Shown here one piece after another: positions 1 to 9,483 of a stretch of DNA of 64,000 bases. Origin of the DNA: Candidatus Woesearchaeota archaeon (GTDB taxonomy: Archaea; Nanobdellota; Nanobdellia; Woesearchaeales; UBA9642); the NCBI GenBank assembly GCA_003599145.1, contig QZIT01000005.1, positions 512,330-576,329 of the forward strand. Reading direction: 5' to 3'. How positions within the stretch are numbered: the stretch's first letter is position 1; every line of letters begins with the position of its first letter. The position numbers were made by a program, and so were the translations under genes. The notes below the pieces were generated by a model, which searched no databases, was not told the origin of the DNA, and saw only the letters and a list, made by a program, of their open reading frames with translations.

Positions 1-2214
1 AGGGTCGACGCTTAGCGCTAAAGCAGGCAGTCCATCAGTTATCAGATTCAACCATAAAAGCATGACTGCCGTTAAGGGCAAATTTTGGACTCCGAATAAA
101 AGCAACGCAAAAAAGATGATGAATACCTCTCCTAAATTGCAGGATAATAAGTAATTGACAAATTTCTTGATGTTTTCAAAAATGCCTCGGCCCTCTTCAA
201 CCGCATGAACAATGCTTGCAAAATTATCATCAGTTAAAACCATTTGGCTTGATTCTTTGGCAACATCGGTTCCTGTTATGCCCATAGCAATTCCCAAATC
301 CGCTTTTTTCAATGCAGGAGCATCATTGACGCCATCGCCTGTCATGGCAACGATTTCTCCCTTGCTCTGCAACAATTCAACAATCAGCATTTTATGACTA
401 GGCTCGACTCTTGAAAAAATAGATGTTGTTTCTAAAAACTTTAATTGTTGTTCTTTAGGCAGTTGCGCAAAAGTCAATCCTTCCATGGCATCCCCAAAAA
501 TGCCAACTTCTTTTGCAATGGCCTCTGCAGTCAATTTATTATCTCCTGTAATCATGATGACCCTGATACCTGCTTTCCTACAGGTAGCTATAGCTTCTTT
601 TACTTCAGGATGAGGCGGGTCTATCATTGCTTGCAATCCGACAAAAATCAAATTTTCTTCAAGAGCTTTCTTATCCTGCTCCTTGTAGGCGAATGCCAAC
701 ACTCTTAAAGCGCCTTTTGCAAATTCATTATTTTTTTCAAGAATGCTCTTTTTTACTGCAGGAGTCATTTTGATAATTTTTCCGTTAATCAATATTCTTG
801 TGCAATGCTCTATGACTTTTTCAGGAGCTCCTTTGGTAAAAATAAGCTTTTTCTTTGTTTTAGGATCTATATTTACCGTAGTCATCATTTTTCTGATAGC
901 ATCAAAAGGCTCTTCAGAAACTCTTTTCCAGGTTTTTTGCAGTACGTCATGCTTGACGCCTGCTTTTTCTGCGCTTACCAGCAAAGCAGCTTCTGTTGGG
1001 TCTCCTGAAACTTTCAGTTGGTTATTTTCAACATACAGCGTTGCGTCATTGCACAATACACCAATCTGAAATAACAGATTGTCTGCTTTTCCCAGTATCT
1101 GGCCTTGTATAGCATAGCCCTCTCCGGTAACAGCACATTCTTTATTGCTTGAAAAAACTTTTCTTACCGTCATCTCATTTTTCGTTAATGTTCCTGTTTT
1201 ATCAGAACAAATAACGGTTGTTTCTCCGAGTGTTTCAACAGAGGGAAGATTTCTCATCAGTGCATTTCTTCTGATCATCTTTTTTACGCCGATAGCCAAA
1301 GCTATGGTAACAATGGCAGGCAATCCCTCGGGAACAGCGGCAACAGCAAGAGCAACCGATAACAACAGCCAATGTTCCGCGCCTTTGATAAACGCAGCAG
1401 TATCTGAAAAAAGAATGTTCCACAGTCCTGTTGAAAACAGCCCTACAAGCAAAACAACAATGCAGATAGCAATAGTGCCCATGCCTATTTTTTTTCCCAA
1501 GTCATCGAGTTTTTTCTGCAACGGCGTTAACTGTTCTTCAACTTTTGAAAGCAAGTCTGCTATTTTTCCTATTTCAGCATGCATGCCTGTAGCAGTAACA
1601 ACAACTTTTGCCCTTCCTTTGGTTACGACAGTACCTGAAAATACCATATTTTTTTGGTCTGCCAAAGGCAGTTCTCCCTGCAACAGTTCTGCTGTTTTTT
1701 CAACAGGAACACTTTCTCCTGTAAGCGATGCTTCAGAAACGTGAAAAACCGCAGCTTCGATAATTCTTCCATCGGCAGGAATTTTATTGCCTTCTTCTAA
1801 AAAAAGAATGTCCCCTGGAACAATCTCCTTTGTTTCTATCATAACGAGATTGCCGTTTCTTAAAACTTTAGCCTTTAACCCTGAAAGTTTCTTCAGTGCA
1901 GCAATGGCCTTTTCTGCTCTATACTCTTGAACAAAACCAATAATGGCATTCAACAGCAAAATAAAAAGAATGATGATGGCATCAACGTATTCTTTTTGTA
2001 TCAGCGATAGAATAATGGCAAAAAAAAGAATGTAGATGATGAAGCTTCTAAACTGGCTTATGAAGATAATAAACGCGCTTTTTTTCTTTTTTTCCTGCAG
2101 TTCATTCCAGCCGTATTTTTTTCTGCTTTCGTCTATTTGAGATTCTTTTAAACCTAAAATAGGATCAACAGAAAAAGACTGCATAATCTCTTGGCTGGAT
2201 TGATTATAAAACAT
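1..2214 (-). CDS. P-type cation-transporting ATPase (P2, Ca2+-ATPase-like), 3' end truncated by window edge
   Basis: Minus-strand translation shows DKTGTLT phosphorylation motif (~1150-1200) and GDGVNDAPAL hinge motif (~320-360); N-terminus MFYNQSSQEIMQSFSV starts at ATG 2214; C-terminal ~250 aa lie beyond position 1. ORF-track + frames here (212..397, 1145..1744) are antisense artefacts. Confidence 0.85.
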   Translation of the reverse strand, partial: MFYNQSSQEIMQSFSVDPILGLKESQIDESRKKYGWNELQEKKKKSAFIIFISQFRSFIIYILFFAIILSLIQKEYVDAIIILFILLLNAIIGFVQEYRAEKAIAALKKLSGLKAKVLRNGNLVMIETKEIVPGDILFLEEGNKIPADGRIIEAAVFHVSEASLTGESVPVEKTAELLQGELPLADQKNMVFSGTVVTKGRAKVVVTATGMHAEIGKIADLLSKVEEQLTPLQKKLDDLGKKIGMGTIAICIVVLLVGLFSTGLWNILFSDTAAFIKGAEHWLLLSVALAVAAVPEGLPAIVTIALAIGVKKMIRRNALMRNLPSVETLGETTVICSDKTGTLTKNEMTVRKVFSSNKECAVTGEGYAIQGQILGKADNLLFQIGVLCNDATLYVENNQLKVSGDPTEAALLVSAEKAGVKHDVLQKTWKRVSEEPFDAIRKMMTTVNIDPKTKKKLIFTKGAPEKVIEHCTRILINGKIIKMTPAVKKSILEKNNEFAKGALRVLAFAYKEQDKKALEENLIFVGLQAMIDPPHPEVKEAIATCRKAGIRVIMITGDNKLTAEAIAKEVGIFGDAMEGLTFAQLPKEQQLKFLETTSIFSRVEPSHKMLIVELLQSKGEIVAMTGDGVNDAPALKKADLGIAMGITGTDVAKESSQMVLTDDNFASIVHAVEEGRGIFENIKKFVNYLLSCNLGEVFIIFFALLLFGVQNLPLTAVMLLWLNLITDGLPALALSVDP

Positions 2215-2265
2215 GCACACCCCTTTTTAATTATAGGGCAGAAAACAGTATATAAAGATTTCGAA

Positions 2266-2745
2266 TTATGCCAAAGCAGATTGCCGTTCTACAATGATTT
2301 TTTTATCCTGATGCCAAAAAGCAATCCTTGTCTTTGTTCGTTCATCAACCACCTTATGCACTTCAACAGAAAATCCTAGTCTTTGCAAAAGAGCAATGCA
2401 CTTTTTTTGCTTCTTGCTCAGGGATTCATAAACTAGTTTGCATTCGACAAAGAGGAATTTATTGTTTCTCATGCAGATAAAATCAGGCAGTCCATGATGC
2501 ACTGCGTTGATATAATGAAGCTGTTCAAGGTGACGAGGGCAATATTTTTTTAACAGCAAGTGCAGTTGTTGATATTTTTTGGCTACTGCAGGATACTCTG
2601 GATAAGGATTTTCCATGCCTATTAATCCTGCTCTCCAAACACTCCATCCATTTTTTTCAAGCCTTTTTTTCAATGCTTTTTCTGCAAAACCTCTTCTGTT
2701 TTTAGGAATAGCTAAAGGAACAAAAACATATTTCACCTTGTGCAC
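2266..2745 (-). CDS. VRR-NUC domain PD-(D/E)xK nuclease; start uncertain (no in-frame ATG covers the whole domain; GTG at 2745 proposed)
   Basis: C-terminal part GLPDFICMR...FLFVECKLVYESLSKKQKKCIALLQRLGFSVEV matches VRR-NUC motifs (G-x-PD, E-x-K, S..Q). Upstream segment EKALKKRLEKNGWSVWR also resembles the VRR-NUC N-terminal element, so the first ATG (2616) would truncate the domain; the long ORF to 2955 has an implausible hydrophobic N-terminus. Confidence 0.5.
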   Translation of the reverse strand: MHKVKYVFVPLAIPKNRRGFAEKALKKRLEKNGWSVWRAGLIGMENPYPEYPAVAKKYQQLHLLLKKYCPRHLEQLHYINAVHHGLPDFICMRNNKFLFVECKLVYESLSKKQKKCIALLQRLGFSVEVHKVVDERTKTRIAFWHQDKKIIVERQSALA

Positions 2746-2867
2746 GAATTCCAAAAGAGTCGTCTGTCTCACCAAAACAGGAAAAAAGAACTCGTTAAAA
2801 TAGACTTTGCGAGAATGTCCAGTGCTTAATGAAAAACATTTATAAAGAACGAAAAGAAAAATAAAGC

Positions 2868-3803
2868 ATGTATCTGGCCAGAAAAGAAAAATTCGGAAAA
2901 GGAGAAAAAATAACCCTGCTGAATGAAGCGACAAGAGAATCTGCAACGTTTGCACTTTGGGGCGCTACGCTATTGGATCTTGTACTGAAGAAGGGAAAGA
3001 ACAATCACCGCATCATCGATGGCTATAAGCATCCTGAAGAACTGCTCAAGCATCATCTTTCTAAAAATATAAAACTCATTCCCTTCCCCAACAGAATCAA
3101 GGATGGAAAGTATCTCTTTGAAAAAAAAGAGTACCAACTGCCCATCAATTTTCCTGCTCAGCATCACGCCATTCACGGATTGCTGTTCCAGAGAAAATTT
3201 TTTGTGCAAAAAATGAGTGCAGATAAAAATCATGCAGCGGCAGTTCTGCATTATCACTATAGACGGGAGAATGCGGGCTATCCCTTTCTTATGGACGTAA
3301 ATCTAGAGTATAGTTTAGACAAGAAGGGATTTTCCTGCACAACCACCATAGAAAACAAGGACAGCAAAAATATACCTATAGCCGATGGATGGCACCCTTA
3401 TTTCACATTGGGAAAAAGAGCAGATGACTGGTTATTGCTGATTCCCTCTCACAAAAAAATCGAAGTCGATGAACGAATGATTCCCACCGGAAAAAAAATC
3501 ACGCTCAGCAAATTCCAAAAGCTTGAAAAGATCAATAACGAACAGTTTGACACTGGATTCATCATTAAAAAAAAAGGAACAGCCATAACCAAACTGAAAC
3601 ACAAAGAATTAACCATTAATCTCTGGCAAGAAACAGGGAAAAGCAAATACAACTATCTACAGGTCTTTATTCCGCCTTTAAGAAACGCCATCGCCCTAGA
3701 GCCGATGACCTGCAGCACTGATGCGTTTAACAATAAAGAAGGGCTGATTGTTTTAAAACCAAAGCAAAAATTCACTGCAAGTTACGGCGTGTTTCTTTCT
3801 TAA
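2868..3803 (+). CDS. aldose 1-epimerase (galactose mutarotase-like) family protein
   Basis: 311 aa; motifs GWHPYF and EPMTCSTDAFN typical of the aldose 1-epimerase fold. Confidence 0.7.
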   Translation: MYLARKEKFGKGEKITLLNEATRESATFALWGATLLDLVLKKGKNNHRIIDGYKHPEELLKHHLSKNIKLIPFPNRIKDGKYLFEKKEYQLPINFPAQHHAIHGLLFQRKFFVQKMSADKNHAAAVLHYHYRRENAGYPFLMDVNLEYSLDKKGFSCTTTIENKDSKNIPIADGWHPYFTLGKRADDWLLLIPSHKKIEVDERMIPTGKKITLSKFQKLEKINNEQFDTGFIIKKKGTAITKLKHKELTINLWQETGKSKYNYLQVFIPPLRNAIALEPMTCSTDAFNNKEGLIVLKPKQKFTASYGVFLS

Positions 3804-3811
3804 GCGAGTTC

Positions 3812-5236
3812 TTAACGCTGCTTTTTGTCATGCGCAAAAAACGCTTTTGCATCATCAGAAACCATAACAGGATAACTTCCGGTTAAACAAGCAGTGCATA
3901 AATTCTTTCTTATTGCTTTTTCCAAATCCTCAACAGTTGCATAAATAAGCTTATCTGCACCAATAAACTCTCTGATTTCTTCAAGGGATTTATCGTTTGC
4001 AATGAGCTCTCGCGCCGTTGGCATGTCAATGCCATAAAAACAGGGATGTTTAATAGGAGGGCAGGAAGAAACAAAAATTATTTTTTTAGCGCCCGCATCC
4101 CTTAACAGCTTGATGATCCTTTTTGAAGTTGTTGCTCTGACAATGCTGTCATCGACTACGGCAACAATTTTATCTTTAACGGCGCTGATGATGACATTCA
4201 ACTTGATGTTGACAGAGTCTTTTCTTGAATCCTGAGAGGGCATGATGAAGGTTCTTGCAATGTATCTGTTTTTAATCAGCCCCTCTCTGTATTTTACTCC
4301 CAAGACTTCTGCAAGTTTCGCTGCAGAGGCTCTTGCGGTGTCAGGAACAGGGATAACTACATCGATAAGGTCATCTCTTAAATGCTCAGCGAGCGTTGCT
4401 CCTAAAGCCAATCTTGCCTTATACACGGCACGCTCTTCAATCATAGACTCAGGCCTGGCAAAATACACCCACTCAAACATGCAGTGGGCTCTGTGTTTTT
4501 CCAAAAGCACTTTGCTCTGCACGCGGAATTGTTCGTCAATAAACATCGCCTCTCCTGGAGCAATATCCCTCACAAATTCATACCCCAAGGTTTGCAAGGC
4601 TACAGACTCTGAAGCAAAAACATAGCTGCTATTTTTTTTGCCCAATACCAGAGGCCTTATGCCATGAGGGTCCCGAATGGCAAACATCCCTTTATCGCTG
4701 ATAAATCCAACAATAGAATAAGAGCCTTCAAGAGTTTGCAAAACATGTTTCGCTGATGCAAAGAAATCCTTTGTTTTTTCATACTTGGCTGCAAAAAGGT
4801 GCAGTGCTGGTTCAATATCGATAGTGGTAGTCAAAAAAACTCCTTTTTCTGATAAGTTCGCTTTTAATTCGAGGTAATTCGTGATATTTCCATTGTGCGC
4901 CATGGCTATCTTATTGGTTGCATTAACAAAGAGCGGTTGTGCATTGATTGATGAAGCATGGCCTATGGTAGAATATCTTGTTTGGGCAATACCCATAGTT
5001 CCCTGCAATTTTTGAAGTTCCTGTTCAGGAAATATTTGCTGTACAAGCCCTGTCGATTTTTTCACAAAAACAGTGTTGTCATTGCTGGTAATGATGCCGG
5101 CAGCATCCTGGCCTCTGTGCTGTAAAGCCATTAATCCACAGAACAATTGAAAGCTTACCTGTTCGCTATCAACAATTCCAATAACCCCGCACATAGTTGC
5201 AGGATTGTTTAAGATTATATAAAAATTGCTTTTCAT
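3812..5236 (-). CDS. purF: amidophosphoribosyltransferase (glutamine PRPP amidotransferase)
   Basis: 474 aa; MCGVIGI N-terminal nucleophile Cys (possible 14-aa propeptide or alternative start at 5194), class-II glutamine amidotransferase domain, PRTase motif VVDDSIVRATT. Confidence 0.9.
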   Translation of the reverse strand: MKSNFYIILNNPATMCGVIGIVDSEQVSFQLFCGLMALQHRGQDAAGIITSNDNTVFVKKSTGLVQQIFPEQELQKLQGTMGIAQTRYSTIGHASSINAQPLFVNATNKIAMAHNGNITNYLELKANLSEKGVFLTTTIDIEPALHLFAAKYEKTKDFFASAKHVLQTLEGSYSIVGFISDKGMFAIRDPHGIRPLVLGKKNSSYVFASESVALQTLGYEFVRDIAPGEAMFIDEQFRVQSKVLLEKHRAHCMFEWVYFARPESMIEERAVYKARLALGATLAEHLRDDLIDVVIPVPDTARASAAKLAEVLGVKYREGLIKNRYIARTFIMPSQDSRKDSVNIKLNVIISAVKDKIVAVVDDSIVRATTSKRIIKLLRDAGAKKIIFVSSCPPIKHPCFYGIDMPTARELIANDKSLEEIREFIGADKLIYATVEDLEKAIRKNLCTACLTGSYPVMVSDDAKAFFAHDKKQR

Positions 5237-5248
5237 TGCTCAAAAACA

Positions 5249-5258
5249 GTTTATAAAC
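5249..5258. promoter_or_regulatory. palindromic TATA-like element GTTTATAAAC upstream of purF (minus); identical element at 20179..20188 upstream of TrmB gene (minus)
   Basis: two exact copies, each 12-30 nt upstream of a minus-strand ATG. Confidence 0.4.
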
Positions 5259-5357
5259 GGTCTCGAACATGAATTCTTGTGTTATAGCCTTTTTCAGATG
5301 TTATTTTTCAGGGAATGGTATTTATAACAAGGCATCTTTCTTAAAGCAGGTGAAAAC

Positions 5358-5558
5358 ATGAAAACACTTACCTTAAAAGTAAAGGGAATGCATTGCAAAA
5401 GCTGTGAAATGCTAATAGCAGATACTGTTGGAGAAATTGAAGGCGTAAAAAAAGTGCAAAGCTCCTTTAAAGATGGAAAAGTAACGGTTATTGCAGAAGA
5501 CTCTACAAGTGAAAATGCTATAAAACAAGCAATAGAAAAAGAAGGTTACAAACTTTGA
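5358..5558 (+). CDS. copZ: heavy-metal-associated (HMA) copper chaperone, CopZ-like
   Basis: 66 aa; GMHCKSCE metal-binding CxxC in ferredoxin-like HMA fold; AGGTGA Shine-Dalgarno 8 nt upstream. Confidence 0.85.
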   Translation: MKTLTLKVKGMHCKSCEMLIADTVGEIEGVKKVQSSFKDGKVTVIAEDSTSENAIKQAIEKEGYKL

Positions 5559-6469
5559 AAACCACGATTTACGTTCCGGATATCGAATGTGAAAGCTGTT
5601 CTAAGTTAATCAGCAGAAAATTAAAGCATAAGGAAGGCATCAACCAGATTTCAATAAAGCCAGATAGTGTGGATATTGATTATGATGAAAGCAAAATAAA
5701 GCCAGAGCAGCTAGTGCAAACGATAAAAGATGCTGAGTTTAGAGCAGGGCTAGAGCCGTTTGAAAGAAAAACATTCAAAGAGCGATGGAGAGATTTTAAA
5801 GAAAATAAAAAAAAATATCATCTGGAATTAAAAGGAATAGAATATGCAGCATTCATCTTTTTAATACTCACTGCCTTGGAAGCAATTGCTTACTTTGGCT
5901 TTCTCAAAACACCCACGTTCTTAACCAACTATGGCTGGTGGTTTTTTTACCTCAATATTTCCATTACAGCCATAAGTTTTGGTTTATGGCACATTTTTGC
6001 GTATAAAACAAAAATTACCTGCATGGTAGGCATGATGATAGGAATGACTCTAGGCATGCAAACAGGCATGATGATAGGTGCTATTTTGGGAGCAACAAAC
6101 GGCTTCTTTATAGGCGCAATGACTGGCATGATTTTAGGGGTAACCGTTGGCATCATTGCGGGAAAATGCTGCGGCATTATGGGCATTATGGAAGGCATGA
6201 TGGCAGGCCTTATGGGCGGTACGATGGGCCCGATGATATCGCTCATGATGTTTTCAGACCACTTGCTCTGGTTTATGCCGGCATATATGATCATTAACCT
6301 GCTGATTATTGCTGGATTGTCATATATGATGTACGAAGAAGTGGTTGAGTATAAAGAAGTAAGAAAACAACCGCTTGACTTTTTAACCATTGCATCGCTT
6401 TGCATTATCGTTGCATTTGTATTAATTATGATTATATTATACGGGCCAAAGGCGGCATTTTTGAGGTGA
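5555..6469 (+). CDS. HMA domain fused to Met-rich polytopic membrane domain (candidate copper permease)
   Basis: 304 aa; N-terminal HMA with CESC; TTG start overlapping copZ stop (tTTGA); TM region with period-4 Met/Gly repeats GMMIGMTLGMQTGMMIGAILG...GIMGIMEGMMAGLMGGTMGPMISLMM plus a CC pair. Confidence 0.65.
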   Translation: MKTTIYVPDIECESCSKLISRKLKHKEGINQISIKPDSVDIDYDESKIKPEQLVQTIKDAEFRAGLEPFERKTFKERWRDFKENKKKYHLELKGIEYAAFIFLILTALEAIAYFGFLKTPTFLTNYGWWFFYLNISITAISFGLWHIFAYKTKITCMVGMMIGMTLGMQTGMMIGAILGATNGFFIGAMTGMILGVTVGIIAGKCCGIMGIMEGMMAGLMGGTMGPMISLMMFSDHLLWFMPAYMIINLLIIAGLSYMMYEEVVEYKEVRKQPLDFLTIASLCIIVAFVLIMIILYGPKAAFLR

Positions 6470-6473
6470 TACA

Positions 6474-6977
6474 ATGAAAGGAAAAAAAATGATTTTATTT
6501 GGAGCAATTGCTATAGTGCTTTTTGTATTGGCGTTTTCATTAAAAAGCTATGTTATTGCAACACCATATTCTGCATATGCTGAGAACACAGAAAATCTGC
6601 AAAACACCGTGAGCAATGGAGAAGTGCAGACAGTTAAGCTAAGCTTCGATAATTACGGTTACGTGATGGAGCCATCTACCTTGAAAAAAGGAATTCCTGT
6701 AAGAATGGAAGTCGATTTAAGCACCGTTACTGGATGCATGAGGGATGTTGTTATTTCTGCATTTAATGTGAGAAGATATGTAAGCTCCGGAAACAATATC
6801 ATAGAATTTACGCCTGATAAGACAGGAACATTCAACATCATGTGTTCCATGGGCATGGGACGAGGAAAGTTTACGGTTGCTGAAGCTGATGGAACAGCAT
6901 CAAGCTACATCGAACAGGCTCCTCTTGGAGGAAGCTGTGCTGCTGCTGGCGGTGGATGCGGATGCGGAGCAAGGTAA
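6474..6977 (+). CDS. secreted cupredoxin-like beta-sandwich protein with C-terminal Cys/Gly-rich tail
   Basis: 167 aa; signal/TM anchor; EPSTLKKGIPVRMEV...FTPDKTGTFNIMCSMGMGRGKFTV resembles cupredoxin strands and Cys/Met loop; tail [16 protein letters not shown]; GAGGTGAT SD upstream. Confidence 0.5.
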   Translation: MKGKKMILFGAIAIVLFVLAFSLKSYVIATPYSAYAENTENLQNTVSNGEVQTVKLSFDNYGYVMEPSTLKKGIPVRMEVDLSTVTGCMRDVVISAFNVRRYVSSGNNIIEFTPDKTGTFNIMCSMGMGRGKFTVAEADGTASSYIEQAPLGGSCAAAGGGCGCGAR

Positions 6978-7294
6978 AGTATTTTGTTATTTTGATTATT
7001 TTACTCACAGCACTCCAAGCCTGTGAAAATAACCTCGATGAAAAAACAGTGCAAAGAGTGGATGTATTGTATGAGCACACCGTCTTGATGAAACAGTTGG
7101 GAACACCAAAACAACTAGAACGAATAGGTTTAAATGCAGACTACATATTGGACAGTTCTGGATTGGCACCTGAAGACAAAATAAATGCACTAGAAAACGC
7201 GTATAATATGCCTTCAAGCGGAAACTATAAAGAAAGGATAATAAAATTAGAAGAAAAAATGAGCATCATGATGCAAAATTGGGGTGTAGAATGA
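6956..7294 (+). CDS. small lipoprotein (lipobox LQAC)
   Basis: 112 aa; hydrophobic signal ending in Cys; overlaps neighbours by 22 and 16 nt, consistent with operon. Confidence 0.45.
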   Translation: MRMRSKVKYFVILIILLTALQACENNLDEKTVQRVDVLYEHTVLMKQLGTPKQLERIGLNADYILDSSGLAPEDKINALENAYNMPSSGNYKERIIKLEEKMSIMMQNWGVE

Positions 7295-9444
7295 AAAAGG
7301 AATTTGCAATAACAGGAATGCATTGCGCAAGCTGCTCAACATTAGTTTCTAGAGCTTTAGAAAAAACACCCGGAGTGCAAAGCGCAAATGTTAATTTGAC
7401 AACAGCAAAAGCAACAGTAGAGTATGATGAAAAAACAGTTTCTGAAAAAGAACTCATTGCAGCTGTTGAAAGAAAAGGGTATGGAGCGCTTCCTTATAGC
7501 AAAGAAGGCCATGAAAAAAAACAAAAAAGAGACTTGCAAAAATTAAAAACAAAATTTTTGATAAGCTTAACCTTTGCAATACCTGCATTTTTGATAGGTA
7601 TGGTGTTTATGTGGCTTGGAATTATGATCCCCTTTCAAGAGTATATTCTCTGGTTTTTGGCAACGCCTGTACAATTTTTTGTAGGCTGGGAATTTTATAA
7701 AGGAACATTCACGGCAATAAAAAACAAAAGTGCAAATATGGATTCCTTAATAGCCATAGGGACAACTGCTGCATACGCATTCAGCGTCTATGCTGTTCTG
7801 TTCAATCCTGAACTCGGACAGTATTTTGAAATATCTGCCATTTTAATTACGCTTGTATTGATGGGCAAGCTTTTGGAAGCAAACGCAAAAGGAAAAACAT
7901 CTGATGCTATAAAAAAGCTCATGGCATTGTCTCCCAAAACAGCAACCGTTATCAGAAAAGGAAAAGAAATAGTTATTCCTGCAGAGCAAGTTATTGTTGG
8001 CGATATTATTATTGTAAAACCAGGAGAAAAAATTCCTGTAGACGGCATTGTTGTCGAGGGAAATTCTGCTGTTGATGAAAGCATGATAACAGGGGAAAGC
8101 ATTCCTGTGGAAAAGAAAAAAGGAGATAAGATTATAGGCGCAACTGTGAACAAGCATGGAAGCTTTATGTTTAAAGCTACATCCGTAGGAGAACACACTG
8201 CGCTTGCACAGATTATTAAATTAATAGAAGATGCCCAAGGAAAAAAAGCACCCATACAAAGATTTGCAGACACTATTTCTGCTTATTTTGTTCCTATGGT
8301 TATAGGCATAGCAGTTATTGTTTTTTTTAGCTGGCTTGCTCTTGGAAAAGAATTTTCTTTTGCATTGATAACTGCAGTAGCTGTTTTAGTTATTGCATGC
8401 CCTTGTGCATTAGGATTAGCTACACCTACTGCCATCATGGTAGGCACAGGAAAAGGCGCTAAAAAAGGCATTCTCATTAAAGGCGGTGATGCTCTGGAAA
8501 CAGCGCATAAACTAAAATACATTATTTTTGACAAAACAGGAACCATCACGCACGGAAAGCCTGAAGTTACTGAAATTTTAGGAAGCAAAACATTGCAGAT
8601 AGCTGCATCTATAGAAAAAAATTCAGAGCATCCTCTCGCTGAAGCCATAGTAAAAAAAGCAATGGATGAAAAAGTAGTGCTTACCAAAGTAAAACAGTTC
8701 AAGGCAATTCCTGGTTATGGAGTGCAGGGAATGCTAGGAAAGCAGTATTTTCTAGGCAATCAAAAACTCATGCAGATGAAAAAAATCAGCATTGAAAAAT
8801 TTCAGAAAAATATTGATGAGCTTGAAGAGCAGGGAAAAACAGTCATGATTCTTGCTGATAGCAAAAATGTTTTAGGAATTATTGCTGTTGCAGACACCAT
8901 AAAAGAAACATCACGAGAAGCAATAAGAAGATTGCAGGAAATAGGCTTGCAGGTGTATATGATAACAGGCGACAATCAAAAAACAGCAGCGGCAATTGCA
9001 AAACAGGCAGGAATAAACAATGTTTTTGCAGAAGTTTTGCCTGAGGATAAGGCAAAGTATGTAAAACAACTGCAACAAAAAGGAAAAGTTGCCATGGTTG
9101 GAGATGGCATCAACGATGCTCCTGCTCTTGCCCAGGCAGATATAGGCATAGCCATGGGCTCTGGAACAGATGTTGCCATGGAATCAGGCAATATTGTTTT
9201 GATGAGGAATGATTTACTCGATGTTCCTCGTGCAATAACGTTAAGCAGGCAAACCATGAAAAAAATAAAACAGAATATGTTCTGGGCATTGTTTTACAAT
9301 GTGTTAGGCATACCTATTGCAGCAGGATTATTATATCCATTTACCGGTTGGCTATTGTCGCCTATTATTGCAGGAGGAGCAATGGCATTGAGCAGTGTAA
9401 GCGTTGTTTCAAATTCCCTGTTATTGCAGCATAAAAGATTATAA
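7279..9444 (+). CDS. copA: Cu+-exporting P1B-type ATPase
   Basis: 721 aa; N-terminal [14 protein letters not shown] motif in TM6, [15 protein letters not shown]; likely true start ATG 7291 (MKKEFAITG). Confidence 0.92.
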   Translation: MGCRMKKEFAITGMHCASCSTLVSRALEKTPGVQSANVNLTTAKATVEYDEKTVSEKELIAAVERKGYGALPYSKEGHEKKQKRDLQKLKTKFLISLTFAIPAFLIGMVFMWLGIMIPFQEYILWFLATPVQFFVGWEFYKGTFTAIKNKSANMDSLIAIGTTAAYAFSVYAVLFNPELGQYFEISAILITLVLMGKLLEANAKGKTSDAIKKLMALSPKTATVIRKGKEIVIPAEQVIVGDIIIVKPGEKIPVDGIVVEGNSAVDESMITGESIPVEKKKGDKIIGATVNKHGSFMFKATSVGEHTALAQIIKLIEDAQGKKAPIQRFADTISAYFVPMVIGIAVIVFFSWLALGKEFSFALITAVAVLVIACPCALGLATPTAIMVGTGKGAKKGILIKGGDALETAHKLKYIIFDKTGTITHGKPEVTEILGSKTLQIAASIEKNSEHPLAEAIVKKAMDEKVVLTKVKQFKAIPGYGVQGMLGKQYFLGNQKLMQMKKISIEKFQKNIDELEEQGKTVMILADSKNVLGIIAVADTIKETSREAIRRLQEIGLQVYMITGDNQKTAAAIAKQAGINNVFAEVLPEDKAKYVKQLQQKGKVAMVGDGINDAPALAQADIGIAMGSGTDVAMESGNIVLMRNDLLDVPRAITLSRQTMKKIKQNMFWALFYNVLGIPIAAGLLYPFTGWLLSPIIAGGAMALSSVSVVSNSLLLQHKRL

Positions 9445-9483
9445 TACCATAAACTTTTTGAATAAACACACGTTTTAAACAGC

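Noticed and set aside
1145-1744. 199-aa plus-strand ORF in the ORF track
   Set aside because: Antisense to the P-type ATPase. The minus strand carries the DKTGTLT and other conserved motifs. The plus-frame product is low-complexity
5947-6507. 186-aa minus-strand ORF rich in Met/Pro/Ile
   Set aside because: Mirror-frame artefact of the Met/Gly-rich membrane gene on the plus strand
7279-7290. Extra four N-terminal codons MGCR on copA
   Set aside because: The HMA domain begins [12 protein letters not shown]. 7291 is the more likely start, but 7279 is retained as the ORF boundary
7788-8702. Several minus-strand ORFs inside copA
   Set aside because: copA motifs are unambiguous on the plus strand. 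These are antisense frames kept open by AT-rich codon usage
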